Below, in pieces: positions 45,501-54,844 of a stretch of DNA of 64,000 bases (positions are counted from its first letter, which is position 1; every line of letters begins with the position of its first letter). The translations under genes and the position numbers were made by a program. This DNA comes from an uncultured Trueperaceae bacterium (GTDB lineage: Bacteria; Deinococcota; Deinococci; Deinococcales; Trueperaceae), in contig CAVSGP010000009.1 of NCBI GenBank assembly GCA_963727505.1, positions 672,001-736,000 of the forward strand, written 5' to 3'. Below the pieces are notes generated by a model. It was not told where the DNA came from, did no database searches, and saw only the letters and a list, made by a program, of their open reading frames with translations.

Positions 45501-48500
45501 GGCCGCGGGTCCTGGCGGCGCCGGTGAACGTAAGGCCGTCGCTGCTCAGCGTCTTCGCAAGCGCGAGCGGCCCCTCGGAGGGGAGCTCGCCGTGGAACAC
45601 CAGGCCGGGGAGTGCGCGGACCCGCAACCCGAGGCCGACCGGCGTGTCGGGTCCGCTGCCGGCCAGCGTGATCAGCATCGGTCCGGAGGCGAGCTGCAGG
45701 TTGCCGTCGGCCCGTAACGCGCCGCCGGTCTCGAAGAGCCGGGCGGTTCCCATGGAGCCACCGGAGGAGCCGGCGGCGGACAGCGTCAGGTCCAGCGTCG
45801 GCACGAGCGCGCCGCTCAGGTGCAGCTCCCCGCCGATCGCGGGGCCCTGCAGCGCGGCCTCCAGGGTGGCGCGCCGGAGGGAGGCATGCAGGCGGGCGCT
45901 GCCACCTACCGCTCCCTGCAGGGTGAGGTTACCGTCGAGGGCGGGGTCGCCCGCGGGGCCTCCGAGGGTGCCGTCGAGGGCTCCGCGCACACCGGCCAGC
46001 CGGGCGCCCTCGAGCGTGACGCGCCCTGCCCAGGTCCTCCCCGTGGACAGGGTCGCAGTGAGGTCGAGCTGGCCGCCGAGCACGTTGCCGCTGGCATGGA
46101 GCGTGGGCATGTCACGGTTCGAGGCACGCAGCGTTAGCGCCACGGGCGCGCTCGCGACGGTGCCGGAGAGGGTCAGCGCGGTGTCGCCCGTCAGGCCCGT
46201 GCCGCTCGCGTCGCCGGTGGCGGTGATCCCGCCGGTCAGCGGCTGCGCCTCGAGATGGAGCGCCCACGCCAACGAGGTTGGCCGCAGCGAGCCGTGGAGG
46301 TGCGGCGCGTCCAGGAGGACCGGAGCGCCCGGGCCGTCGCTGGAGACGCTCAAGGTTCCGAGGTCGATGCCCTCGATCGACGCACCCTGGATGCGACCGC
46401 TCAGCCACGGTGCGGCGCCCACGGCGAGCTCGACCGTGCCGCCGGCGTGGACGCCCAGCGAGCTCAACGGACCGTTGAGCTGCGCACTGCCGAGGTCGCC
46501 TGCGACGGTGGCGCGCCACCCGCTCAGCGCGCTGGCGCCCACCACCTGCAGGCGGCCCTGGGAATCGGTCGATAGCTGCGCTTCGGCGTTGCCGACCCGG
46601 GCCTGGCCGCGCGCCTCCACTCGTCCGTCCTGCAGCACGAGAGCCAGGTCGGTCGCCATGCTCCGATAGGCCAGCGTGCTGTGGAGGTCGAGTCGGCCCT
46701 GAGCGGGCCGGGCATCGGCGCGCAGCTGGCCGTGGACTTCGCCCGCGCCATGCAGGGTGGCCGAGAGCGTGGGGTCTGCCGGGCTGCCGCCGAGCTGAAG
46801 CGTGCCGTCGACCGTGCCCCCGGTCCCCGCCAGGCCGACCCGGGCCAGGTCGAGCACGGCGATCAGCGTGCCGTTGCGCACGTCGGCCAGGCTCGGCGCC
46901 GCGAGCACCAGCGGCCCGTGGACGAGGCCTTGGAGGTGGGGACCGGGTAGGGTCATGGCCGACAGGTCGGCGCGGACCTGGAGCGCGGCGCGCACTCCCT
47001 GACCGAGCGTGGCGGATCCCGTAAGGCTCGCGCCGGGCACCGTGAGTTCCAAGGAGGAAACGCGCGCCTGCAGGTTGCGGTCGCCTCCGCCCGCCAGCTC
47101 GGCGTGGAGACTCACGCTGGCGCCCTCCAGCCGCGGGTCGAACGGGGCGAGCGGGACGTGGTCGAGGGACACGTTCCCTCCCCAGGCGCCGCCCTGGTAG
47201 GTGGCCTTGAGGGCCACGGCCGTCCCGCCGAGGGTCAGCGAGCCCTGCGTGCCCTGGAGCCGAAGGGCTCCTCGGGCCTGCACGGCGCCTTGCAGGGCGA
47301 CGGCACCGTCGAGCGACGGCTGTGCCCAGCTTCCGGAGAGCGAGGGATGCCCGGTCAGGCGGAGCTCACCCGAGGTGGGTGTGGAGACGAGTTGCGTCAG
47401 GGGCACGTCGAACGTGACCGTGCCCTGGAGGTCACGGTGTTGCCAGGGATCGGAGGAGACCTGCGCTGTGGCGTGCAGCCAGGGCCGATCGGCGGGTCCG
47501 GCCGTCGCCGTAGCCGACAACGCTCCATGGCCGCTGAGCGTGGCTGCGAGCTCGCCGGGCAGGCCGACCAGGCGACCAGGCGTCCGGATCGAAGCGCCGC
47601 CCGAGAAGCCGCCGTCCTGTCGCCATGTCAGGCCCGTGGCAAGGAGTTCGACCGGGGTCGCCAGTGCGCGGATCTGCGTGTCGCCATCGGCTCGGACATG
47701 GTCGAGCGTGGCGTCTCGCAGCCCGGCTGTGATGGTGAGTTGCCCGGTCTTCAGGGTGAGGTCCAGCCGGCGCGGGGGGCCGGCCGCCCGGATTTCCGTG
47801 GCAAGCTTCCAGGCCGGCGCCTCCAGGGTGCCCGCGAGACCCGCGTCCGGATAGGCCGCGCCGGAGAGCGCCAGCGTCCATGGAGTGGGCCCCATCGAGC
47901 TGTTCACCTGCAGGCTGTGGACCCGGACCGCGCCCTGAGCCAGGCGGATCTCCGTGGCCAGGCTTCCCGTGAGGCCGCTGCCCAACGCTCGGAGACTGCC
48001 GACGGGCGCGTTGGCTCGGAGAGTGAGGTCCGTCGTTCCGTTGCTACGTGTGACACCTGCGTCGAGCGATGCGCCGCCGAGCTGGGCCTGCAGCGCTCCA
48101 CTCCCTGCGGCAGGGTTGGCGTGCGCGTGGACGGTCATGGGCGCGCCGTCCGCGCTCCCCGACAGGTCGAGGCGCGGCGCGCGGCCGGTGTCGAGCGTGC
48201 CGCCGAGCTGCACCGAACCGTCCGGTCCCTGCACGTCCAGGCGCAAGGGCGCGCCGGACGCGCCCGTGGCGCGGAGTGCGACCGGACCGTAGCTCGCGCT
48301 GAGGTCGATGCCGCCCGCGGCGCTGGCGTGCCCCGCCAACGTCACCTTCCGGCCGGCCAGCGTCCCGTCGGCCTGGACGCGCGTGGCGAGCGTAAGCGGT
48401 GCCGTCGCGACCGTGAGCTCGCCGGTGGCCTTGACGTCGAGCGGCACGCCGAGGAGCGCGCCGATCCGCGTGAGGTCCACCGACGCCAGGTCCGCGGACA

Positions 48501-51500
48501 CGCTCAGGTCCCCGGCCCTGCCCTGGAGCGTAGCGATCGCCAGTGGAGCTGCGCTCGGGGCAGCCGGCGAGGCGAGCAGCCTGGCGGTTCCCGCATAGCC
48601 CGCGCCCTGGCCGTCGACGACTGCGTGTACCGGGAGGGTGGCGGTTCCAACGGCCAGCGCGCTGCCCAGGGCGGCCCGCCAGCTTCCGTCGAGCGCGACG
48701 TGACCGGTCACCCTGGCGTCGGCTGCGAGGAGGCGCGAGGCTGCACCGAGGTGCGGCCCGAGGGCCGACGCAGCGACCGTCAGGTCTGCATCCAGTCCGT
48801 TTGGGACGTTGCCCGCAAGGGTGCCGTGGACCGCTCCACCGCTGAGCCTGGCGGAGAACGTCGGCCGGGGGAGGGAACCGCCGACGTCCAACGAGAGGCT
48901 CTCGTCGGCACCGAGGACCCGCAGGGGTAGCGCGAGGGAGCCCTGTATCTCGCCCACGCTACCGTTCAGCGTGAGTCCGTCGCCGCGTACGGCTAGCTTG
49001 CCGGAGCGCGGCGACCAGGTGATCGAGGCCCGTCGAGCCGGCACGCCGATCCAGGGAGCCGCATCGACCGCAGATGTCGTCAGCGCAGCGGTGACCCGAA
49101 GATCGCTCCAGGTGCCGTCGGTGGTGGCGTCCAGGCGCACCGCGCCCCCGTAGGCCTGCACCACCGCCTGCAGCCGGGGGTCGGGCAGGAGGGGGCCGGA
49201 GACCTCGGCCAGGAGCGGACCGTCGGTGACCTCGAGCTTCCCGGTGAGACCCCCGCCCTGGCCCGTCAGGTCGGCCGAGAGGCGCGCCGGCGTCGTGGCA
49301 CGTGCGTGCAAGGCGCCTGTCCAGGCTCCGCCTTCGTGACTGAGCGCCCCGTCGAGCACAGCGTCGGTCGGAAGGGATGCCAGAAGGGGTCGGAGGGCAG
49401 CGCCGTCGGCCGTGAGCGACGCGCTTCCGGGGGACGCGTGGAAGCTGAGCCCGCCGCCCTGGGCGCCGATGCGGTAGTCGCCGGCTGCGCCCGAGAGCGT
49501 CGCGTCGATGGCCGACGCTCCCGCTTGCCAGTGGGCATCGACGCGGTAACTGGAGCGTCCGGTGAGGCTCGCCTCGCCGTTCAAGGTGATCGTCCCGGCG
49601 GGTTCCAGGAAGGCCGGGAGCGGGCCAGCGGCAACGGCAGCCGGCAACTTCCCCTCGACCTTCAACGAGCCGGGGGTGCCCGTCGCGTCGAGGAGGGCGG
49701 CACCGTCAGCGGTGCGGAGGTGGGCGGCGACCGGGAGGGCCCCCAGGCCGGCGCCGAGGCCGACCTGAGGCGCACCGGTGACCTCGTCGCGGGGACCGCT
49801 GCCGGCCGTGGCGAGCTCGGCGACCAGCGCCTGCCCTCCGTAGAGGAGCGGGAGGCGCACGTCGCCCGACAACCGGTCGCCACGCAGGTGAACGTGGCCG
49901 CCGTCCCCCAGCGCCAGATCCATCACGAGCGGCGAGAGGGTGCCGTGGACGCTCCAGGGCAGGGGGCCCAGCTCGACGCCGGCGACCAGGGAGCGGGCGG
50001 GCATGGTGCCGGAACCGTGCACGCCCTGGCCGCCGATCGTGAGGGGGCCGAGGGGGCCCGCCTGCGCGGTCAGGGCCAGTTGGGGGAGGAGGGTGCCGTC
50101 CGCCTGCAACGGAACGCCCGCCCCGGTCGAGCGCAGCGACGCCTCGAGACGGGCGCCGGCGCCCGTCAGCGTCAAGCGGCCCTCGATCGGGGCGGTGACG
50201 TCGACGCTGGCGCTCCCTCGATAGCGCACGTTTCCAGCGACTCGTTCGGCGTGCAGGTCGGCCTCGAGCCTGCCTGCGAGGGGGAGCGTCAGGGCCGTGG
50301 CGATCGGATCCAAGGGCAGCGCGCCGGTCGCGCTCCAGCCCTGCGCCGTGAACACGGCGTCGAGGCGCTGGGGCTCCTGCCCGGCGGCGACCTCGAGTCG
50401 CGCTCCGCCCGCTGGCCAGGCGAGCGCGGCGGTCACCGGAAGGTCTCCCAGGGCGCCACTCAGTGACGCGCGCAGCGCGCCAAGATCGGCCTCGCCCGAG
50501 AGTTGCAAGTCCCGGGAGAGCGCGATCGGTCCGAAGCGGCTTCCCGACGGTGCTGCCACGTCGACCGCGAGCGTGCCGCCTTGAGGGCGGACCCGCAGCG
50601 TCGCGGCCCCACTCCGCACGGTGAGATCGGGGCGCAGCGCTTCCAGGGCGCCGGTGGCGCGGTTCGGCGTAGGAGCAGCGGTGCCGGTGGGGACACGCGC
50701 GAGCGGCATGGTGAGCGTGCCGTCGGCGGTGAGTTGGACTCCGGCCGCCGTCATCGCGAGCTGGGCCAGCGTCGCCCGGATCTCGCCCCCGCCGAGCGCG
50801 ATGCGGACCTTCCCGTCCGCGGACGACGCTTCGAGGCGCGTGCTCGGGGTGGAGCCGGGTCCGACCGTGAAGGGCCCCGGTCGAAGCGCGAGTGGCCCCG
50901 CTTCGACGGTGCCAACGTGCAACGTTCCCGCCGGGTGGACCCCGGTGGCGTCAACGGCCAGCGTGCCGTCGACGACGGCGAGCTGCGCCGTGACGGGGCC
51001 CCGGAGCGCCGTCGGCGCCAGGGTCACGGCGAGCGTGCCGACCAACGGTGCCAGGTCGAGGCCGCCCGACACGGTGAGTGGCCCCAGCGTTCCCGAGATG
51101 CCCGTGAGCCGCGTGCCCTCCAGAACCGCATGGACCTGACCGCTCAGGTCCGCGTCGAGGCTCGCGCCGTTCATGCCCGCGGTGACGGCGCTCGATCCGC
51201 CAAGGGTGAGCGTGAGCGGCAGGGCGGTCACGGGTCCATCCGCTCGCAGGCCGGCGTCGACGGGGGACGTCAAGCCGGCCAGCGTGAGGCCGTGGGCGCG
51301 CAGCTCACCGCTGACCGTCCCGTTGGCCAGAGCGAGGGCACCCTCGAGCCGGGCGCCGAGGTCGTCGCTCCCCTGCAGCACACCCTGCCAGCCGTCACGG
51401 TTGAGGCCGGCATCGAGCGACAGGGTGGCGTGCCGGTCCGGCAGGGTGGCGTGGTCGGTGAGGTGGAGGTTGCCGCCGGCGCCCTGGGCTGTGAGCTGGA

Positions 51501-52716
51501 GCTGCAGCTGCCCGTCCAGGCGCTGGCCCGGCAGGGGCGCCATGTTCTGTGCCTTGGCGTCGACACGCGTGCCGTTCGGGCCGGACGCCACGGTCACGAC
51601 GGCGGTGCCCCCGGCGACGTCGCCGGTGGCCTGGACCGTCACGCCCCTCCGGGTGTCGTACGTGTAATCGGACGCCAGGGCCGTCAGGGACATGCCAGCG
51701 AGGCTCCCGCTGCCCCGAGCCTTGCCGCTCACGTGTACCTCGGTCCAGCCCGAGACGTCGAGGGTGGTGGTCGCCGTTCCCGTCAGCGCGAGCCGGTCGG
51801 CTGGAGGGAGGCTGCCCCGGCCGAGCCAGGCCGCCGCGGCGACGAGCTGGGGCGCCGCCGTGCCGTGCGCCTCCCAGTGGCGAGCCGCGATGTTCACGGT
51901 CCCCTCGGCCTGGACGGACCCGCCCAGGGCGTCGCCCTGGACCTTCGCCGTGATGAGCGGATAGCGCAGCTGGACGTCGCCGTGGATGTTCGCCGGCGTC
52001 AGCCCGATGGCGGTCAGCGAGCCTCCCTGCAGCTTGAAGTCGCCGCGGACGCCGTCGGCTCCGACGTGCAGGGGACCGGACACGGTGCCGCCGCTCGCGC
52101 CGGGGAACCAGTGGCGTGCCAGGGTGATGTCGGCGCGCGTCACCTGGCCGTCGAAGCTGGGGCCGGTCAGGTCGAGCACCCCGCGCGCGTCTGCGCTACC
52201 GTCGGCCGTGCGGAGGTGGGCCTGCAGGTCCAGTGCGTTGCCGCGCTGCCGGATGCGGATGTCGCTCACCGCTCCGCTGGGGATGGTGTAGGGCACCTGT
52301 TGGACGGTGACGGATGCGTCGCTGACCTTGAGCTCCTGGAGCACCGGGGTGACCGGGAAGCCCGCTCCGCCGCCGGATCGCGCCAGCTGGGTGACGTCCA
52401 CCGACCCCCGTACTCCCTTCAGCGTCACCGTGAGGGGGAGCTCGCCGGTGAGCAACGACGGTAGGAAGTAGCCGACGTCGAGCGCCGCGACGCGCACGTC
52501 GACTCCGGGTGCGCGCACGCTGACTTCGTCGAGGTGAACCCCCGTCCACGGATTCCCGGTCGCGCTCCCGTAGTCGAGCGCGATCCCCGAGGCCTGCAGT
52601 GCGCTCTGCACCCGGCCGAGGAGCCAGGCACGTCCGGGAGGCGTCTGCGGGATGATCGCCGCAAGGGCGATCACCGCCGCTAACGCCAGCAGGGTGACGA
52701 GGGTTCGTCGTCGCAT
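42586..52716 (-). CDS. tamB: Giant TamB/AsmA-like lipid bridge protein (3376 aa)
   Basis: N-terminal anchor, long repetitive beta-rich body and a TamB (DUF490)-like C-terminus (LTLTGT...P.LSG, LSLITLG, GYLTPELF, FGVSFRW). Confidence 0.85.
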   Translation of the reverse strand: MRRRTLVTLLALAAVIALAAIIPQTPPGRAWLLGRVQSALQASGIALDYGSATGNPWTGVHLDEVSVRAPGVDVRVAALDVGYFLPSLLTGELPLTVTLKGVRGSVDVTQLARSGGGAGFPVTPVLQELKVSDASVTVQQVPYTIPSGAVSDIRIRQRGNALDLQAHLRTADGSADARGVLDLTGPSFDGQVTRADITLARHWFPGASGGTVSGPLHVGADGVRGDFKLQGGSLTAIGLTPANIHGDVQLRYPLITAKVQGDALGGSVQAEGTVNIAARHWEAHGTAAPQLVAAAAWLGRGSLPPADRLALTGTATTTLDVSGWTEVHVSGKARGSGSLAGMSLTALASDYTYDTRRGVTVQATGDVAGGTAVVTVASGPNGTRVDAKAQNMAPLPGQRLDGQLQLQLTAQGAGGNLHLTDHATLPDRHATLSLDAGLNRDGWQGVLQGSDDLGARLEGALALANGTVSGELRAHGLTLAGLTSPVDAGLRADGPVTALPLTLTLGGSSAVTAGMNGASLDADLSGQVHAVLEGTRLTGISGTLGPLTVSGGLDLAPLVGTLAVTLAPTALRGPVTAQLAVVDGTLAVDATGVHPAGTLHVGTVEAGPLALRPGPFTVGPGSTPSTRLEASSADGKVRIALGGGEIRATLAQLAMTAAGVQLTADGTLTMPLARVPTGTAAPTPNRATGALEALRPDLTVRSGAATLRVRPQGGTLAVDVAAPSGSRFGPIALSRDLQLSGEADLGALRASLSGALGDLPVTAALAWPAGGARLEVAAGQEPQRLDAVFTAQGWSATGALPLDPIATALTLPLAGRLEADLHAERVAGNVRYRGSASVDVTAPIEGRLTLTGAGARLEASLRSTGAGVPLQADGTLLPQLALTAQAGPLGPLTIGGQGVHGSGTMPARSLVAGVELGPLPWSVHGTLSPLVMDLALGDGGHVHLRGDRLSGDVRLPLLYGGQALVAELATAGSGPRDEVTGAPQVGLGAGLGALPVAAHLRTADGAALLDATGTPGSLKVEGKLPAAVAAGPLPAFLEPAGTITLNGEASLTGRSSYRVDAHWQAGASAIDATLSGAAGDYRIGAQGGGLSFHASPGSASLTADGAALRPLLASLPTDAVLDGALSHEGGAWTGALHARATTPARLSADLTGQGGGLTGKLEVTDGPLLAEVSGPLLPDPRLQAVVQAYGGAVRLDATTDGTWSDLRVTAALTTSAVDAAPWIGVPARRASITWSPRSGKLAVRGDGLTLNGSVGEIQGSLALPLRVLGADESLSLDVGGSLPRPTFSARLSGGAVHGTLAGNVPNGLDADLTVAASALGPHLGAASRLLAADARVTGHVALDGSWRAALGSALAVGTATLPVHAVVDGQGAGYAGTARLLASPAAPSAAPLAIATLQGRAGDLSVSADLASVDLTRIGALLGVPLDVKATGELTVATAPLTLATRVQADGTLAGRKVTLAGHASAAGGIDLSASYGPVALRATGASGAPLRLDVQGPDGSVQLGGTLDTGRAPRLDLSGSADGAPMTVHAHANPAAGSGALQAQLGGASLDAGVTRSNGTTDLTLRANAPVGSLRALGSGLTGSLATEIRLAQGAVRVHSLQVNSSMGPTPWTLALSGAAYPDAGLAGTLEAPAWKLATEIRAAGPPRRLDLTLKTGQLTITAGLRDATLDHVRADGDTQIRALATPVELLATGLTWRQDGGFSGGASIRTPGRLVGLPGELAATLSGHGALSATATAGPADRPWLHATAQVSSDPWQHRDLQGTVTFDVPLTQLVSTPTSGELRLTGHPSLSGSWAQPSLDGAVALQGAVQARGALRLQGTQGSLTLGGTAVALKATYQGGAWGGNVSLDHVPLAPFDPRLEGASVSLHAELAGGGDRNLQARVSSLELTVPGASLTGSATLGQGVRAALQVRADLSAMTLPGPHLQGLVHGPLVLAAPSLADVRNGTLIAVLDLARVGLAGTGGTVDGTLQLGGSPADPTLSATLHGAGEVHGQLRADARPAQGRLDLHSTLAYRSMATDLALVLQDGRVEARGQARVGNAEAQLSTDSQGRLQVVGASALSGWRATVAGDLGSAQLNGPLSSLGVHAGGTVELAVGAAPWLSGRIQGASIEGIDLGTLSVSSDGPGAPVLLDAPHLHGSLRPTSLAWALHLEAQPLTGGITATGDASGTGLTGDTALTLSGTVASAPVALTLRASNRDMPTLHASGNVLGGQLDLTATLSTGRTWAGRVTLEGARLAGVRGALDGTLGGPAGDPALDGNLTLQGAVGGSARLHASLRRATLEAALQGPAIGGELHLSGALVPTLDLTLSAAGSSGGSMGTARLFETGGALRADGNLQLASGPMLITLAGSGPDTPVGLGLRVRALPGLVFHGELPSEGPLALAKTLSSDGLTFTGAARTRGRLTLRLAPAPQAELQQVELDVGGTTLSASGTLAPNGSHLQGALRLPDDFPVDHVGGAEMPYQLTADGGRITVRSDGALGTLHADIATAAGSGTVQADLHTLDAGGGVGVGSASVALSFDPSAGPSGTVAVNGVQVTRPGLPAVTLAADLQVGGGKVSGNADVKAPHGGVHADGSWGLGGWLPSALAPNAPTGGTLQARVNTFQLASLPTVARLAPHVAGTVSGIVRLRNETAVAQLVSPDFAVDGTALPLDIQLSGPLNDLSANLKLGTSFATATLQASRLKGVLTLRRFPAQVLAEASVGATDIRAEVDGLVRFDVPFADPAASYVRMATERIRLERAGVVTTGNLAFAYNDHAFTLEQASFKGRGTWQAQGTVDANQLDLKLSADNADFGPLLGLVPMFARYGVSANGSFTLEAQGSPTQPDVNLTASGLEVRVAGTHYRVGHADVALKGSALTAVASVVGVAPLGGSLDVHGSAQLTLAPLALRNTDFRFAGSAQVPVFGTVTDLSGGITQPPGSAPQLAVSGKLGNPFTIRGSLAPFDVTLRGQGLDLEARPLFVTSSSVNANVRMRATSKGLALGGELDASEIRMDLATGSSPSSAGSSPTAATGTPGTGATDAGAGSPTTGTQAALRSLVFDKLHLRAPQRVLLDASFGSMEAALDLTLTGTAASPELSGTASALRGSLHFGGRDFTIDRAVATFQPNRGVYPSLDVQAHTSFDKRRVLSGTSGVSFASPRDSNSFTVTLAFSGQVQPTQQGPSPVTFDISPTLTSDATVQTGTDTATSSPRPLSDQELLSLITLGRLEVQPQFAGQAGIGTAVAQSAIDTAVNVLVVNELQNALSKALGLDVVEIRTSPLSSLLDNSGQPFGVSVRVGGYLTPELFASYRLGNVTGSGENYAFTNEVTLTYDLGPLNFDLSGQLSFPDNSTPASAIPQLGVGLRYAFTPAIGLEAGVDLSNVRRQARFGVSFRW

Positions 52717-52863
52717 GGGATGCTCGCGGTCACGTGGGTCATCGGGCGGTGGGAACAGCGGGCGGTGAGGGCAGCCGGGCGCCGTGGGCTCACGGCGGGT
52801 TCCCGAGGCGCAAGAAATGCCGGTTCCGACGGCGCCCCCGCGTCGTTATCGTAGCATCCGGCA

Positions 52864-53181
52864 ATGAGAAATTGCGGTACCATGACGCCCGATATGACCG
52901 CTTCTGACAGGGCACGCCTCACCGCGCTGGTGCGTGGACGGGTGCAGGGCGTGGGCTTCCGCGCCTTCGTCCGGCGCCAGGCCCTCGACCTCAAGATCTC
53001 CGGCTACGTCGAGAACCTTCCGGACGGGCGGGTCGAGGTCGTGGCGGAGGGCGAGCGCTCGGAGCTCGAGCATCTGCTGGTCAAGCTGCGGGTAGGACCC
53101 TCCCACGCCGAGGTGGCGGACATCGACATCACCTGGGGGGACGGCGGAGCGATGCGCCGCGGGTTCTTCATCTATGGCTAG
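52864..53181 (+). CDS. acyP: Acylphosphatase
   Basis: GRVQGVGFR, GYVENLPDGRVEV. Start may be 52864, 52882 or 52894. Confidence 0.93.
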   Translation: MRNCGTMTPDMTASDRARLTALVRGRVQGVGFRAFVRRQALDLKISGYVENLPDGRVEVVAEGERSELEHLLVKLRVGPSHAEVADIDITWGDGGAMRRGFFIYG

Positions 53182-54055
53182 CACTTCCATGTCCACGCCC
53201 GTCCCGGCGAACGTGCCCCGCGCCCTGGACGGGGAGGCGCTGGCCACGGTGCCCGGCGTACTGGGCGCCATCGCGCGCGAGCGAGCGGGAGACTACGCCG
53301 GCGCGCGCATGCCTGCGCGCCTCGAGCGGGCACCGGGGCGTCCGTCGCTGGCGGGCGCCCTACGCGCGCCCGGCCTCGGGGTCATCGCCGAAGTGAAGCG
53401 CGCCAGCCCGTCGCGTGGCGTCCTGGCGGACCACGATCCGGTCGATCTCGCGCGGACCTACGCCGGTGCAGGAGCCGCCGCTATCAGCGTGCTGACCGAG
53501 CACCGGCACTTCGGGGGGCGGCTCGAGCACCTGCGGGCGGTCGCCGACGTCGTCGAGCTGCCCCTGCTCCGCAAGGACTTCGTGGTGCATCCGCTACAGC
53601 TCGTCGAGGCGCGGTCCTCCGGTGGCAGCGCCGTGCTGCTCATCGCCGCGGTGCTGGGGCCGGAGCTGGCCGCCTACCTGGCGTTCGCGTCGGCGCTCGG
53701 TCTGGAGAGTCTGGTGGAGGTGCACGACGGCGACGAACTCGAACGCGCGCGCTTCGCCGGCGCCCGCATCCTGGGCGTGAACAACCGCGACCTGCGGACC
53801 CTGGAGATCGACCTGGAGCTGGCGCCGCGGCTGATCGCGCGCGCGCGCCAGGACGGCTTCGACGGCCTGTGCGTGGCCGAGTCGGGCTACGGGTCGCGCG
53901 AGGAGCTCGAGGCGGTGCGCAACCTCGCGGACGGCGTGCTGATCGGGAGCAGCCTGGCGGCGAGCCGGGATCCCGCGGCTGCGCTCGCTGCGCTGCTGGT
54001 CGAGGAGGGCGAAGGTTCCTTGCTTCCTGGTCCGGACGGAGGGCAAAGACGATGA
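53174..54055 (+). CDS. trpC: Indole-3-glycerol phosphate synthase
   Basis: IAEVKRASPS, ISVLTE, LLRKDF, LVEVH, GVNNRDL, VAESG. Confidence 0.95.
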   Translation: MASTSMSTPVPANVPRALDGEALATVPGVLGAIARERAGDYAGARMPARLERAPGRPSLAGALRAPGLGVIAEVKRASPSRGVLADHDPVDLARTYAGAGAAAISVLTEHRHFGGRLEHLRAVADVVELPLLRKDFVVHPLQLVEARSSGGSAVLLIAAVLGPELAAYLAFASALGLESLVEVHDGDELERARFAGARILGVNNRDLRTLEIDLELAPRLIARARQDGFDGLCVAESGYGSREELEAVRNLADGVLIGSSLAASRDPAAALAALLVEEGEGSLLPGPDGGQRR

Positions 54056-54759
54056 TCGACGTCGAGCATCCCATCGTGATCACGGGCGCCAGCAGCGGCA
54101 TCGGCCGGGCGCTGGCCGTCGAGCTCGCCTCCCTTGGCGCCGCCCTGGTGCTGCAGGGGCGCGACCAGGGCCGGCTCGACGAGGTCCAGCGGGCCGTGGC
54201 CCACGCCGGCGGGCAGGGTGAGACCCGTGCGCTGGACCTCACCGACGATGCTGACGTCGACGCCTGGACGGCCTCGCTCGTGGGCCGCGGTGTGGCGGCG
54301 CTCGTGCACTCGGCCGGGATGATCCGGCTCGGTACCGTGGCCGAGACCGACGTGGACGTGTTGGACGCTCATCACCGGGTCAACGTACGCGCGCCCTACC
54401 GGCTCACCCGTGCCCTGCTGCCGGAGCTGGAGGCGGCCGCGGGCCAGGTCGTGTTCGTGAACTCGGGGGCCGGCCTGCAGGCCCGCGCGCGATGGAGCGC
54501 GTACGCCGCGAGCAAGTTCGCCCTGCGGGCGCTCGCCGACAGCCTGCGACAGGAGGTCGCAGAGCGCGGGATCCGGGTGACGACCGTGTATCCGGGGCGC
54601 ACCGCCACTCCGATGCAGCGCGACGTGCACCGTCAGGAGGGCCGTGCGTACGATCCGCACGCGTTCGTCCGGCCCGAGGACGTGGCTTCGCAGGTGGCGG
54701 CGCTGCTGGCGTTGGACCCGCCCAGCGCCGTGACGGAGCTGACCATCCGCCCCGCTTGA
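54052..54759 (+). CDS. Short-chain dehydrogenase/reductase
   Basis: ITGASSGIG, NSG, YAASK, PGRTATPM. Confidence 0.92.
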   Translation: MIDVEHPIVITGASSGIGRALAVELASLGAALVLQGRDQGRLDEVQRAVAHAGGQGETRALDLTDDADVDAWTASLVGRGVAALVHSAGMIRLGTVAETDVDVLDAHHRVNVRAPYRLTRALLPELEAAAGQVVFVNSGAGLQARARWSAYAASKFALRALADSLRQEVAERGIRVTTVYPGRTATPMQRDVHRQEGRAYDPHAFVRPEDVASQVAALLALDPPSAVTELTIRPA

Positions 54760-54844
54760 CGACCGGAGAATGCCGCGTTGGCGCACGACAGGCGCGCAAG
54801 AACCGCGACTCCAGCGCACCGGGGCCGGGGCTATACTCGGTGCC

